This document shows positions 34,780 through 48,529 of a DNA stretch of 64,000 nt, one piece after another. The DNA lies in contig NC_043001.1 in assembly GCF_006345805.1 (NCBI RefSeq), forward strand, positions 88,412,001 through 88,476,000. Direction: 5' to 3'. The notes beneath the pieces were generated by a model, which saw only the letters and a list, made by a program, of their open reading frames with translations, was not told the DNA's origin and did not search any database. This stretch comes from Octopus sinensis (lineage: Eukaryota). Made by a program: the position numbers and the translations under genes. Position 1 is the stretch's first letter. Every line of letters starts with the position of its first letter.

Positions 34780-37619
34780 GTAAGTTTATTTTTAGTCTTT
34801 TGTTATATTTCTTTCATTTCGTATATATTGATAATCTGAGCCAGTATATCACATGTGCCTTGTTAGTAAGGTAGCTAAGTTTGAGAAAATATAGAAATTT
34901 TTTATTCCTTGGTATTTTCATCTAAGAGATTAAAATGTTCTAGACTGAAGGGTAGATCATCATCACTATCATTTGATGCTTCAGAGTTGTATTGTTTTGA
35001 ATCACATTTTTAATTTTATTACTAATAGTTCAAAGGGAATGGGTTGACATTTAGCTCCAAGCTCTGAGTGCCCTTAAATAAGATACACTTGTGAGTTTGT
35101 TGACTCATGTGGTTCCCATTTTAAAACATAGGTTGTATATATAAAGAAAAGGGAGCTTGCTTTATCATAGATCTGTAGAAATTTGATGCGTATCATATAG
35201 TTAGAGTCAGTAATGCAGATATCTTTAATGCTTCCATAAATATATATACTCTTTTCAAACAGTTCACCTTTTAAAAAACTGCATGTCAAACTTTTCTTTT
35301 CTGCTATGAGACTTCAAAAATATAAAGATAAATCACTTTCTTCTAAGTGATTTATCATTATATCTAATTAAATTAGGTTGGTTAAGATAGTAGATAGCTC
35401 TCACTTGCAATATCTTTTTCACATCATCTCAGAAAGATGACTTTGTTTTTACCCTCATGTTTCACCTATGATCAGCATGGCTCAGAAAAGATGAAGTGGG
35501 TGAGGTAGTTATTATAAAATAAATCCAAAGATCCAGCTGTTGGTGATTCATAGGTATTTATAATAGAAAAATTAAAATGAGTTATGAACTTTGGAAAAAT
35601 TGGCAATGAAATACAGCTGATGTAATAGGATTTCATTTTCTGAACTATTAACCATGTCTTCAGCATATATATCTTCAACAATAAGATGGATTAAAATGTT
35701 GGATGAATGAGAAGAGTAGTCATTCATTTTCAATACATCATCTGTTTTATTGTTAAAAGCTTGTATGGAACAGGACATTTCCAAAGATAGAAGACAAAGT
35801 AATGTCAGAAAGTTCCATTCATAGTAATAATAGTAATAGATTGTGTGTTAAGAGAGAATAGAGAATATGCATTGGAAAATGGTGAAAGTTTTAGTACATA
35901 TAGTTTTTTTCATAAATGTGAAGACTTTGCCAAATGCAAGAATTTGCTAGCTAATATGCTTCACTGCTCACATTTCGAAGCTCCTGATAGTTAGACACCT
36001 GTCTGTCAAGCTCTGTCTTTTCTATTCAGGTTTGGTTTCTCTATGTATATTCCTGCACAAATCTGATGAGAAAGATCTGTGGTGACATTATCACTTGAAA
36101 ATCTAGATGTTTACTTATAATTTTATTGACCAAATTTTTGATGTCATTACTCAATTTAGGATCAGTTTTTGTTTAACAAAACCTTACCAATTGGTAAAAA
36201 AGCTAATCCAGGTTCAAATTGAGGCAGAGACTTGCTACATAACAAACATGTAATTATCATAAGACAAATATGTCTTTATAAGTAATCAAAACTGTTAACA
36301 ATTTAGATTGTTGCATTTTATGCTCATTTCAGACACCATTTTTGTTCAAATCCATAACATATCTTCTCCAGCTCTCATTTATGACAGTTGCCTTATGTCT
36401 TTGTTCGTGTTTTCATCTTTAAATTTAGATTGATGCTTCTTTTATATTTGCCTTTGCCAGTCAGATAAGATATTCTGACTTTTTCTTTGATTGAAAAAAA
36501 AAAAATTAAGAAAATATCTTTTGTTTATAGATTAAGTTGCTAAATTATTGGATAAAAATGTAGACACAGAACTGGTTCAAAGCATTTTAGTATTTATATA
36601 TAGTTTAAGCACAGGTTCAAATTCCATCTGTAAATATTCAAACCATATCACAAATTCCTTTTGTTATTTTATCAATCTCAGAAAAGGTGAGAGGTAAAGT
36701 CAAGCTTGACCAGATTTAAACCCAAAATGTGAACTTAGGAAACGAACTTAAGGTTACATCAGGCATCATAAGAAAACAACAAAATCAGTATTGGTTATAA
36801 TTTCTGTAGAAAATCTGTAGAGATAATTTTAACAAGTGATGTAATAGCACTGCTAACACAGTATTGACTTATAAAAATGTTTAATATACTTAGTAGTATA
36901 TCATGGTTGCATAAGGAAAAGTTTTCCTACAGGTCATTAGGAAATGAAATACCTCAAAGTATTTCGTAAGTTGTTCTACCATTTCAGCCACTTATTCTCC
37001 TTCCACACGATTAGACACATATTGAATCTGTCTCAAGTCAAAAAAATAATTGTTGTTGTAATATTATTGAAGAGTGTAATGGATAGCAGACTAGTAATGT
37101 TGGTCAAAATACTTTCAAACTTTTTATGTTTTAAGAACAAACCAAGGATGAGGTGGGGCATAAGGGATAAATTTTTCCAAAATTTCAAATGCAAATATCA
37201 AATAAATACCAACATGTAATAGTTAATATAGATTTACAATCTCAAAAAGTGTATCATGATTCTGATAAGCACTTCTGATGGATTGGGAGGTAATTTTTGA
37301 ATACGTGTTTCATATATGCTTAATCATATTTGAACTACTTTAAAAATCTGAAATTTCAATATTTGGCATGGCATAATGGGTCATCCACAAATGAAGTGAA
37401 ATGCAGAGCAGTATATGGATAAAAATATGACAAATTGTGGGTGAATGTTGAAAACAATCAATAAAGAAACATATGAGTAGCATCCAAATAGACTCAATCT
37501 TCATCAAAATAAAGAAACAACAACCATGTTTACTGAACAACAGTCACTTTGAATTAAATGGATCACAATAAAGTTTTCCTGCAACACACACAGTCCACAT
37601 TAAGCTGTACACTTCTTGT

Positions 37620-37790
37620 AGAGGAACTCTTGGTTAACATCTGTTCCTTTTGGTTGGTTTCACTGGAGCTGGTAAGGCCAGTGGCTACACCCGACTCCAT
37701 TGTCTGTTCTGGCATTGTTTCTACAGCTTGATGCCCTTCCTCACACCAAACACTCCACAGATTGTACTGGGTTCTTTTTACACTACTCTC
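37620..37790 (-). mobile_element. RTE-tail SINE fragment, diverged
   Basis: GGCATTGTTTCTACAGCTTGATGCCCTTCCT core as in 5222-5470. Confidence 0.65.
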
Positions 37791-38639
37791 CAAAATATAT
37801 CACCTTATGCCTATGTTAGAAATATTATTATAGTAGAATGTAGGGTAGTAGAATGACAGAATCATCAGCAAATCAGAAAAATATCTTGTGGTATTTGTTC
37901 CGGCTCTTTTTCGTTCAAATTCTATCAAAGTCAACTTCACCATTTCTCTCTCAACAGCTAGTTAAAGTAAATGGCAGCCAAGTACTGAGCTTGATATAAT
38001 TAACTAATTTGTCTCTTCTTAAATCTGAAGCCTTGCACCTCTGATAGAAGCAATTTTTTATGGTGGAATGTTACAATTATTAGTGTTGGACCAAATACAT
38101 AAGAAGGGTTTAGTTTCAACTTCAAATCTGCAGTGGTTGATGTTTCTATTTCTTCCCCAGGAATATACAATATGTTCTACATATGCCAAAATTGGTTTAA
38201 TGGATTATATCCATTCCTCATCTTATTTGTGGGTTTCTGCTAATCAACAGTGTGGCTGTTCAGCTGGCATTATGATCATTTAATTTCTTGACAGTGCCTC
38301 CCATCAAACTTTTGAGAATTTCAAGTTAAAAGTTCAGTGTCTCCTGACAGGAGGAGGAAATATGAAAAAGTAAAAGTAAAATGTCCCTGTAATTGCTAGG
38401 TTGATGTAAATTTTGAAACTATAATTTCATGCTTTGTTCTATTTCATTAAGAGAAGTTACAATTAATTTACTTTTTAAAAATTCCACTCACTGGTCTGAG
38501 GCCATGTTAGAACACTGCTTTCAAAAGTTTATTTGATCATTTCAGTCCCATTACTTATTTCAGGCTGATCCTTTTTTTTTTTATCACGAGTCTGCTATGT
38601 ACTATATAAACACAAAACCAGTAAATATAAAACACACAT

Positions 38640-38815
38640 ACACACGCATTTCCATATAGACTGTCATACAGCCATAAATTGCATTCACAAGGCATTGTTC
38701 AACTTAAAGACTATAGTAGAAGACACCTACCTAAAGTGCTATGCAATGGGATCAAATATCGAATGATGTGGTTGCCAAGTGAACTTCCTAACAACACAGC
38801 TATGCTTGTACATGA
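38640..38815 (-). mobile_element. tRNA-head SINE (family C), diverged
   Basis: CACAAGGC...ACTATAGTAGAAGACAC...GCAATGGGATC...ATGTGGTTG is the reverse complement of the family C head. Confidence 0.55.
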
Positions 38816-39735
38816 CTATACACACATGCATGTAATAAATGAGAGTTGGGGTAAAAACATGGCATACTATATTAAAACAGGTTTTGTACATTAAACAAAT
38901 GAACACCCACCCATAAAGAATTGAAAAGTATATATGAAATTGTCTTCACCAAAGACTTGGAACCTCCCACATCCTTTTGTTAGCCCAATTATAGCTGTTC
39001 ATAGAGTATTAATATGGTTTTATTGAATGGGCTTGCATATTTTTCTTTTAGCTCAGTCAATACAATATGGTTCTTCTTTTCCTTCAGATCACGTCCTTCA
39101 GCAGTTCTGTCAGGCTCTTGATAGTAGTTTGATAATTTAATTTCAAGTTCTTTTAATGGAAAAGAACCCTTTTTCATGAGGTGCTTTCCAGCAACCTATA
39201 TAATTTCTGTCTAGGTTAATTTTTTTTCTTTCTTTTCCTTTTTTTTTAAATTTTTTCACTCTATTCTTTCTCTCCTCAAGTTTCTTATCTTTCTCTAAGC
39301 TCCAGCTCCTCCCTGTTGCTATAAGATGATGATGGGCTAGAACTGGAACTGCTGCTCAGAGCTTCTAGTCAGCTCTGTGCTGAAGGAAGAAGAAACCTTT
39401 TGTATTTTCTCTTTCATATCTTTTCTGTTTGTGCAGATTGTTACTGAGGATGAAAGTTGGGTAGTGTTCATAGTTTGTGTAGATACTCCTAGAGTAGTGA
39501 GATTGAGATTTTCTAAATTTTAGTCACAGCTAAGGTTGTTAATTGTAGTTAGGGCTCACTAAGGAACATAATAGTTAAATGTCACAATCAACCAATAAAA
39601 GTGTTAAGACAAGACAGTTAATATTCAGTTAAAATTGTTACATGTTAACAAGGAATAAAAAGGTTCAGAGAGAAGAAAGAATTATGCAAAGTGTTTCAGC
39701 ATAACCTTAGACTATTCATTGTCAGACAACCAGTT

Positions 39736-39838
39736 CATCATCATCATCGCTTAACGTCCGTTTTCCGTACTAGCACGGGTTGGACGGTTCGACCAGGGTC
39801 CAGGAAGTCAGGAGGCTGCACCAGGCTCCTGTCTGATT
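39736..39838 (-). mobile_element. RTE-tail SINE fragment (young, 5'-truncated)
   Basis: CATCATCATCGCTTAACGTCCGTTTTCCGTACTAGCACGGGTTGGACGG, close to 5222-5320. Confidence 0.8.
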
Positions 39839-40669
39839 ACACCACTATACCTCTTTTATTATTGTCATTCTTTATTGTTTTAAAAATTCTGTCACTAACT
39901 TTTGGCCATATTTAAATCCATTTGTTTGTTCTCTCTCTCTCAAGTTTTATGAATTGGGTTCTTTCATGAAAACCACATTGCCTTAGTGTGGTATGGTTAT
40001 TTACCTAGATCTTAATTACTTGGAGGAGAAAGTCAAAGAAACTGATACAAAATATAGTTGCTATCTAGAAAATATTTCATTAATCGTTCACCCATTCTTA
40101 TTTGCTTCAGTACCACCATTACTGCACTATACAAGCTAGGACATCCTGTTAAAAATCTTAACTATACCCTATATAGTGGCAAAGCTAGCTTGTACCTGAA
40201 ATATACCACCTGTATTCTCTACTGGAGTATGATAAATCATTTTTGCTATGAAATTTGAATTAGTTTTGCCATGATTTTTTTAAGTTACACAAGTACATTG
40301 TTATATGTTAACTCTTGTACTCAATACATTAATTAACATTGTTAAAAGAATTACCAATTACCATTGTTAGCATTTAGAGTGAATTCTTAAATAGCTGTAC
40401 ATTTAAATAGCAACTTATTTTACATTTAAAATATTCTCCTAGAAATTGGTATTGTTATGTATCCATACTAAATAACTTTTACTTGATTGAGGATCCTAGT
40501 TTTATTCAATCACCTGATTCTCCCAAGAAGATACTAAAGCACAGATGTTGTTCTTCCCGTTTCACCTGATTAGATTCTCAGTTCATCTTCTAGCAACAGC
40601 TGTTGCGCTAACATTTTGTATGTAGTTTTATACTCATAAACTATTATAATTTCAATTAAATGTCATCTT

Positions 40670-40700
<31 letters not shown>

Positions 40701-41099
40701 ATGCATGCCTGTCTGTCTGCATGCATGTGTGGCTCTGTGTATGCATGTCCGTCTGTATGTGTGTGTGTGTGTGTGTGGCTGGTTGTCTGTACATGTGTGT
40801 GTGTGTGTGACTGTTTGTCTCTACATGTGTGTGTGAGAAAGAGGGAAATTAATTTCCTATGTTGAGATAAAGTCACAGATTTGAAAAGGAAGGTTAGAAT
40901 CTATTGGAGTAACTTGTGCAACTGATCAGTACTAATTTGATCAATTTCAACAGGATTTGAATTCATAACCCATATATCTTCACACATTAATTATACATAT
41001 GAAAACTCTACAACTGAAAAATAATAACCAATGATTTATTTCCATCTGGAATTCAGCCTCTTATCTATTATTGCTTATCAGGTAAGCATATCAGGTATA

Positions 41100-41587
41100 T
41101 CTCAAGCGCAGAATAATGCACGAACAGCGTGAATAGAATAATATTCTTATATTGCAGAAAAATTTGTCAGCAGCCAGCCATGAGACTCAAACTCACATCT
41201 CTGTGATTACCAGTCAAGTGTTTTATCTTTAAGCTAAATTGCACCACACTCCCTACAAAGCAAACTTTACATATATCATAATTTGAATTTCACATACAGC
41301 ATCTATCAAAAAGATAAGTTTATAAGTTCAAACATTGCAGAAAAATTTGTCACTGGGCAGTTTAGCTTAAAGGTAAAGCACATGACTGGTAATCACAGAG
41401 ATGTGAGTTTGAGTCTCGTGGCTGCCCACTGACAAATTTTCTGTAATATAAGGATATTATTCTATTCATGCTGTTCATGCATTATTCTGCACTCGAGAAT
41501 AAATTATCTCCATATCTGTATATCTCAATACATCTCCACACTTCCTACAAAGCAAACTTTGTTTACATATATCGTAATATCAGGTAT
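41100..41587. repeat. Fold-back of a ~190-bp tRNA-containing repeat unit
   Basis: Inverted arms 41100-41242 and 41357-41498 (~15 differences in ~143). Direct repeats at 41244-41282 and 41536-41578. Inner inverted repeat at 41334-41360/41422-41447. Confidence 0.88.
41356..41427 (+). pseudogene. tRNA-Thr(GGT)-like pseudogene / SINE head (second copy at ~41172-41243 on minus)
   Basis: 72-nt cloverleaf: GGCAGTT/GGCTGCC acceptor, GCTT/AAGC D stem with GG in the loop, CT-GGT-AA anticodon loop (41386-41392), GTGAG-TTTGAGT-CTCGT T arm. Most stem defects fit CpG decay. Confidence 0.7.
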
Positions 41588-42769
41588 TACACTACATGCT
41601 TAATTTGATTTAAGCATGTGTGTACATGCATACACAGGGCAAGGCCCCAGGTTCAATACTACTACATGGCTCCTTGAGAAAGTGCCTTCTATCATATACT
41701 TTTGATTGACTTTGGTTGAGATGTAAATTGTGTAGAAGCTTGTCAGATGGTTTGTAACTTTAATTCAAAGGGATAGTCCTATCATTCAGTGTTATACTGA
41801 GTATGAGTATTATTCTAAGGGTTACAAATGTATGGACTATTCAGCTACTAACACCATTATAGAATGAGTTGGGAGTTCTTTTAATCAAACATCAGGAGCA
41901 TTCACTGTCAAAACTTGCATAGGATCCATCATATCATGTGCATATGTGTATTGGGGATGGTAGTGATATATTTAAGGTAAACACTATCATATAAGGTTTA
42001 CTTCAGTTGGTTTTTTTTGGATGAAACTTTGGGTTTAAAAGGAATCCTGTTTGTCTTAGATGAGACAAACGTATACCAAATTTTACATCTTTCTAATATA
42101 CAGATGTATTAACCACTTCTGGGTTTTTGTAGCATATAATAAACAAATACAAATAGCTTTCCTCCTTATGTCAATGTCTCTAGAATTGACCCCCAAAATC
42201 ATCTTTTTTTAGGTTAAGTTAGTGCTGCAGAGAGAGTATGAGACATTTTGTCACCACCTATTTGGCATCACTGATTCGATGCGGACATATTTTGTATTAT
42301 GTGTTTTAATGTTTCTCTCATTCTCTCTCCCTTCTCTTTATGTGTGTGAGCATATTTCTTTTTATGTGTATGAGGAAAGGGAAAATGTTAATCTCTCTCT
42401 CACACACACACACACAAACACATATATTCTCTCTCTATCTGTATGTGTATATCTTAGCATGTGCATGCATGTGTTTTTGTTTGCCTCCAACCAAAACAGG
42501 TTGACTGTCCAGTCAGCTATGCCAAATCGTCAGCATCCAAACCACTGTAGAGTGGCTTACCATATTGCAAACCAGTGCAACTCTTGAAAGACACAACTGT
42601 GTTTCTTTTCTCATCTTCATGCCATCATTATCAGAAACATTTTTGAGTCTGTTTCCCTATACTACTGTAAAGAAGGCTACTATAAAACATACCAACAGTA
42701 ATCTATCATTCATTGTTTTTTCTGGGAAACCCAATATCTTGAGATCTAAATTAATCTCAACTTCTTATG

Positions 42770-43130
42770 TCTTCTTTGTCTCCTTGCCTCAATACCTAAT
42801 GTTTTGAGGTCTAACTTAATCTCAACCTCTTATCTTTTCCATTAACATCACATTGTACAATTTTCCCAATGCCCAATGTCCATTCATGTCACATGCCCAT
42901 ACTTCAACATTGTCATCTATCCTACACACACCAGCCAATACCTTTAACACTCAGCTACTATCCACTTGTACTCCACCTCTCATGCATTTTAACATTACAC
43001 ACTTCTTTCTTCATCTCTCCCTAGCTTATACAGAATCTTCACAATGTTTATACCTGCACAGTTACCTTTCCTATACACTTCGATATCGTATTTCACCTCT
43101 GCCAAGTTAATAAAGTATCCATGGTGTACT
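42770..43130 (-). mobile_element. Highly decayed RTE LINE ORF C-terminus
   Basis: Minus-strand relics CNVKMHERWS, LSVKGIGWCV, YGHV, DLKTLG resemble the RTE C-terminal region. Confidence 0.45.
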
Positions 43131-43266
43131 GGATTTATCCAACTTACAGGGTTGTTCCCTTCCCTTAAAAAAATTGGCTAGTACTAAATGAAAATAACCA
43201 GTATTTAAAATAAAATATATTCATACATCCAATGTATATGTGTGTGTGGTGTGTGTGTGTGTGTGT

Positions 43267-43303
<37 letters not shown>

Positions 43304-44228
43304 ATGTATGTATGTATGTATGTATGTTCTGTGTGTATGTATATTTGTATGTATGTTTACTATACATACACATAAGCAATGTTATTAATGTTGCCTCACC
43401 AAGACAATTCCTCTGTGTATACATTAATGATCTATTAGCAACTGGCTACATACAGCAAAAATTGTTGTCAACATTATTTTTTAAACTTGTATTTAGGTGG
43501 GGAGGAGAATAAAGGAATAGCATCAGAAAAATGTTTAGATTGGGATGAAAGTGCACCTAGTTGGGCTGAAATTTTAAAAGTAGCAACAACATGAAAAGAT
43601 TGCTACTGGAAAAAGCTGAGAAGAAAGGGAATTTGTCTTAATTGCTGTCATAAGCTGTTGTCAATAGGCATGTCTGACTGATGGAAACCTGCCAAGGTAT
43701 TGTTCACATCAACAAGAGGAAACATTTCTCACCTTTCAACCTCCACTTGGACTATTTTCCAAAGTTTGAGATAAAACCAGACAATTCTGGTATCTTTCCC
43801 ACATCCATGACCACCACCACTACTATCATAATCATTACCTAATCCTCAATATGATCATCATCACCACCACCACTGCCTCCACTACTGGCAATGCTGCTCC
43901 TTCTCTCCAGCTATCAGGTGAAAAAAATGAGTTTTGACATCAACCTTACTGCAATCAATACGGTGTCAAATTCTTGCGACAAAATTAATTGCTGCTGCAA
44001 TCTAGCTGTAGCTTGCACAGATCAAGTAAGCCTTCCATCATTGCACATCATCATTGCTGTATCTTATACTTTCACTAGAATCTCACCAACAAAGCTAGAT
44101 GACATTGCACGCCATGGAATCCTTCCAAAAGTTGATTTCTGCTCAACTACCTACCAATCATCTCCGACAAATGATCCATGTGCACATTTAATGCACACAC
44201 ATACAATCATACACACACACACACACAC

Positions 44229-44283
<55 letters not shown>

Positions 44284-44754
44284 TGTATGCATGTAAATGT
44301 ATGTGCACATGAATGTATGCTCATACAAACTTAGACAAGCAGTTTCATAAAACAACTGAATTTTTTTTGTTTATTTTTAAAGAAAAGTGGAATTTGGAAC
44401 AGGGCTTAAAAGGTTCTTAGAATGATATACAATCATTCTTTATACAAAGATAAATACTAACTGATAAATTAATTGACTGGCAAGTATCCTTAACTCGTTT
44501 ACATTTTTGATGCAGAGGGTGTCAGCTATGCCTTTTATATTGTATTGCTGACATTGATAGAATGCTGATATAGGCAAGGAGGCTTGAGGGACAGAAAAAA
44601 GTTTCCAATATAGTTGATGGGAATGGGTGGGCACATTGCAATTGTCTGGATCATTCCAACCAGAAAACTTTAAAAGAATTCAACAGTGGCAGAATTTCAG
44701 AATATGTTCTATCCTCTCATAATCTTTTTAGTATTGTCATTGTCACTATTTCAC

Positions 44755-45320
44755 TTGTGCATGCTAATTTAGCAGGTATTTTATCTCGAAGCATAGTGAC
44801 AAGAAGTCTCACATGTCAAGAATCTTTCTTAAGATTCTTTCAGAATATAGGCTGGTACTTTTCTGCAGGTCAACAACAAGTGTTTCAATTCTGATTTCTT
44901 TCAGTCTTTTAGGTAGCACTTTATCAAGTACACCAGTTATTCCAGGAATAATTGTTGTTTTTATCTTCCACAGTCTCAACTCTCTGGCTAGATTCTCATA
45001 TTTCTCAAGTTTTTAAGTTTTTTTGATATCAACTCTACTATCATAGAGAATCACAAAATGTATGATCTTACACTATTTGTTTATTTTGTCCTCCATAATC
45101 GTATCTAGTCTTCTTGTTTCAATAATATAGTCAGTGTTTCTGGGGAAGTCCCACAAGATCTTGTAATTATCATTTTCTGTCACAGCCTCTGACTTGTGTT
45201 CATACCACTTTTCTGTTGTTTTGAAGCCACACACTTGGCTAACATCCCAACACAGTTATGTCTGTGATTATACTCCTTATGTGCTAGTATACTGCACTCG
45301 CTCAAAATGTGATTGCTACT
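44755..45320 (-). mobile_element. R4/Dong-clade LINE 3' part (restriction-like endonuclease domain), decayed
   Basis: HILSECSILAHKEYNHRHN, KWYEHKSEAVTENDNYKILWDF, KLEKYENLARE, IIPGITGVL, DLQKST, RILRKIL; decayed AAT-like tail. Confidence 0.82.
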
Positions 45321-45329
45321 GCTGCTGCA

Positions 45330-45528
45330 GTGAGCTAGCAGAATCATTAGCATGACAGGAAAAGTATTTAGTGGCATTCCATTTGTCTTTGTGTTCTGAG
45401 TTCAAATTCTGCCGAGGTTGACTTTGCCTTTCATCTATTCGGGGTCAATAAATTAAATGCCAGTTGAACATAGGGATCAATGTAATCGACTTAATCCCCT
45501 CCTCCAAGCTGCCCTTGTGACAAAAAAA
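45330..45528 (+). mobile_element. tRNA-derived SINE (family A)
   Basis: TTCTGAGTTCAAATTCTGCCGAGGTTGACTTTGCCTTTCATC. Confidence 0.85.
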
Positions 45529-45576
45529 TCATCATCATCATCATCATCACCATCACCATCATCATCATCATCATCA

Positions 45577-45617
<41 letters not shown>
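45529..45617. repeat. (ATC)n then (ATT)n microsatellite
   Basis: Directly visible between two SINE A copies. Confidence 0.95.
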
Positions 45618-45620
45618 ACA

Positions 45621-45830
45621 GTGAGGTAGCAGAATCATTAGCATGCCTGGAAAAATATTTAGTGGCATTCCACCTGTCATTACATTCTGAGTTCAAATTC
45701 CACCAAGGTCAACTTTGCCTTTCGTCCTTTCAGGGTCAATAAATTAAGTACCAGTTGCGTACTGGGGATGATCAAATCGACTGGTCCTTTTTCCCCAAAT
45801 TTCAGGCCTTGTGCCTATAGTAGAAAGGAT
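45621..45830 (+). mobile_element. tRNA-derived SINE (family A)
   Basis: TTCTGAGTTCAAATTCCACCAAGGTCAACTTTGCCTTTC...GGCCTTGTGCCTATAGTAGAAAGG. Confidence 0.85.
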
Positions 45831-48529
45831 TATTATTATTATATCTTAAATCTCACCCATTACAAATCTTTAAAAACATTCCAAAATTCTTGTTTTTTTG
45901 TCCTCTCTTTCCATTTTGGAAAACATAACTGACCATAATTTTTTTTTCTTTTTGGCTGTATCAGTTTTTCTGAATTATCCTTTGAACATAGGAAATTACA
46001 ATTCTTGAGAAAAAATAATCACAAATTCAGTTGTTTTGGAAAGAAGAAAACCTTTTCCCTAAAGTACATTCTAGTAAAATGCCCAAGACTATTATTAAAA
46101 GTAATGTGTATTCAGTTATGGATGTATATTGTACTCACCTTTCAAGATTAAAGAATCCTTACTACTCTATGATGTTCTTCCTTGCTTGCTCAAGACAACA
46201 TAACTGTAACCAAGAAAAAGAACAGAAGAGAGAGAGAGGGAGAGAGAGAGAGAGAGAGAAGGTGGAAGGACCAAGATCAGTAAGTGAAGGGAACAAGAGT
46301 ATGATGATAGAAACAGTGTGTTTGGGTTGAGAAGGTGGTAGAAGGAAATATGTTATTTCCCTCTAGCACCTGTAATGAAGTTGCAGTTCTTTGGACATTG
46401 ATCCATTCTGAACAATAGTAACTATGTCATCTTAAGCATTTCTAGCTTTGTGTGTATGTGTAAAAGACAAAGACATTATTGGCTTCTTTCTTGTATCGAA
46501 TGTTTTTTTTGGGTTATTTTTGTTATTTAGTGAAGCTAAAGCTGTACAGCTCATCACCTTTATAGACTTCTCTATAGAAGTTGGGTCAGTGTGGTTGATG
46601 TTCACATTGAACCTCTGTAGGTTGGGTTGAAGTGGTAGGTAGCATGCTATCTCAGAAGAACAGAAGCCATTACAGTAGCAATAGATAACAAAGAGAAGAG
46701 CAAATCTGTGAGCCAATGTAGTATTGGTAAGTCTTTGTCAATCAATTGCATTGTTTTTGTTTTTCTTTCAATGCAGTCTAGGATGCTTGTATGTGTAGTA
46801 GCAGCAGCAGCACTGTCCCAGATATGTAAACAGGTAGATGCATCAAACCACCATTACCACTGCTGCAGTAGACTAGAAACTTATTGTTTGACCAAAATAT
46901 AATTCTGTTTTTATTTATAGATTGCAATGTGATATCAGTGAAGCTTGTGTAGAATATCATTAGAACTATTAGCCATTGTGGTTGATTGATGCATTGGTCG
47001 TAATACTGTCACACATCTAGATATCATTTTGTGCTTTGCTGGAGGTGATGGGGCTGTTGTGGTAATAGAGGGAATTAAACATGTGCTTTCTAATGATGAA
47101 TTAGACAGGACTTCTTTTGTTCTCTTTATAATACAAGTAATCCAATATCAGTCCTACATAACCAATTGCTTAGAACACATCTGTCATTAATCTCCAGTTA
47201 ATCAATGTTGGACTTGTCTAATGTTTACCAAAATGGCACATTGGTGAGTAGGTAATGTCAGCCTCTTCTGAAGAACATCAAAATCAATAGTTCAATCTGA
47301 CAGCTTGAAGGTGAAGATCTTTCTCTAGGTGGCCTGTATGAAGTTGTATGTTTTCTTTATTACATTTATTCAATTCTTTCTTCTGTAGCTAACTTACTGT
47401 TTTTCTTGGATCTTTTATGGATGGGAATTAATAGTGTGAGTGACTATGATATGTGTTGTGGAGAGAGAAATGGGGATAGAGAAAAGACATTCACAGACTG
47501 AAGTCAAGTTCACACACTAAATGGTCATTTGTATTCTGTCACAGGAGCTCTTTACCTGACAAATATACTTTTAACTTGGCTCACTTAGAAGGTAGTTTAT
47601 TGTAGTAAGTAGTGGGGGAGCAATGTATATTGATGAATGTAAGACATGGATTGCTCAACAAGAAACCAACACCTGTACAGCTTTTAAATAACTATGTGGG
47701 GGAAGAAAACTTTTGTGTAGACAAGTGATGCAGTAGTTTACATACAACTGTTGCTGCTGCTGCTGCTGCTACTACTACTACTACTACTATTTTCACAAGT
47801 ACTGCTAGCACCACTTCTACTTAAATAAGATATTACTGTAGTTTTTGTCATTTCATTAGATTTAAATGAGACAGAATTTTCCATATTGTCTTTAGATTTA
47901 AATTAACATCAATAATTAATATGATGCCCTTTTGTTATGTAGAAGACAGGATCACCTGATGTCAGTGGTTTAGATTTTAGTTTGGAGTAATATTCAATTA
48001 ACACTTTCTTCAATTGAATGAGACCATTTGTTTCAATGTAAGGACTATGTACTACTAAGAAATACCAATTACATATAATCTACATTTCATGACATTGATT
48101 AGTTGAGATTGTTGATATATTTCACTTGCAATGTGTTTGTTTTGAACTTTATTTCAATCTAAAAACGAATGCGGATTTTAACATTCAAGGCTTAATTGTT
48201 CTTAGAGAAGGTCTGATGGAAATTACTGCCGAGAATGTGAAACCACTGAATACATACATTCAGTGTTTAGTTTTGTAATATTACTTAAAATAATCATATA
48301 ATTAAAATAATAAATAATGATAATTTACACTGTGTTTGTGTTTGCAGTCACCTGGAGACTGAAATAACAAATGGAGTGGGAGTGAGTGGCAGTCAGAGAC
48401 ATTATAATAATGTGAGGGCAAAATGGGTGGTTTTGCTATGGCTGGAGTATCAGTTATTTTGATCAAAATGAAACCTCAAATTTTTGTCATAAATTTTGCA
48501 AGCAAATTTTTTTTATTAAGTTCATAGTT

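Noticed and set aside
36063-36115. CTGATGA...TTGAAAATCTAGATGTT hammerhead-like motif
   Set aside because: Core and a palindromic helix III are suggestive, but helix I cannot form, stem II pairs only partly and a deletion must be assumed.
38960-39540. Protein-like minus ORF 38989-39177
   Set aside because: Short, no splice context and only vague similarity to LINE linker regions.
41356-41427. Functional tRNA-Thr gene
   Set aside because: Anticodon stem has only 3 of 5 pairs, the T loop has lost TTC, there are several G-T pairs, and it is embedded in a rearranged repeat.
41893-41922. GAFTVKTCI resembling CaMKII exon 2 (GAFSVVRRC)
   Set aside because: Wrong position (between exons 4 and 5), no polypyrimidine acceptor, and similarity ends after a few codons.
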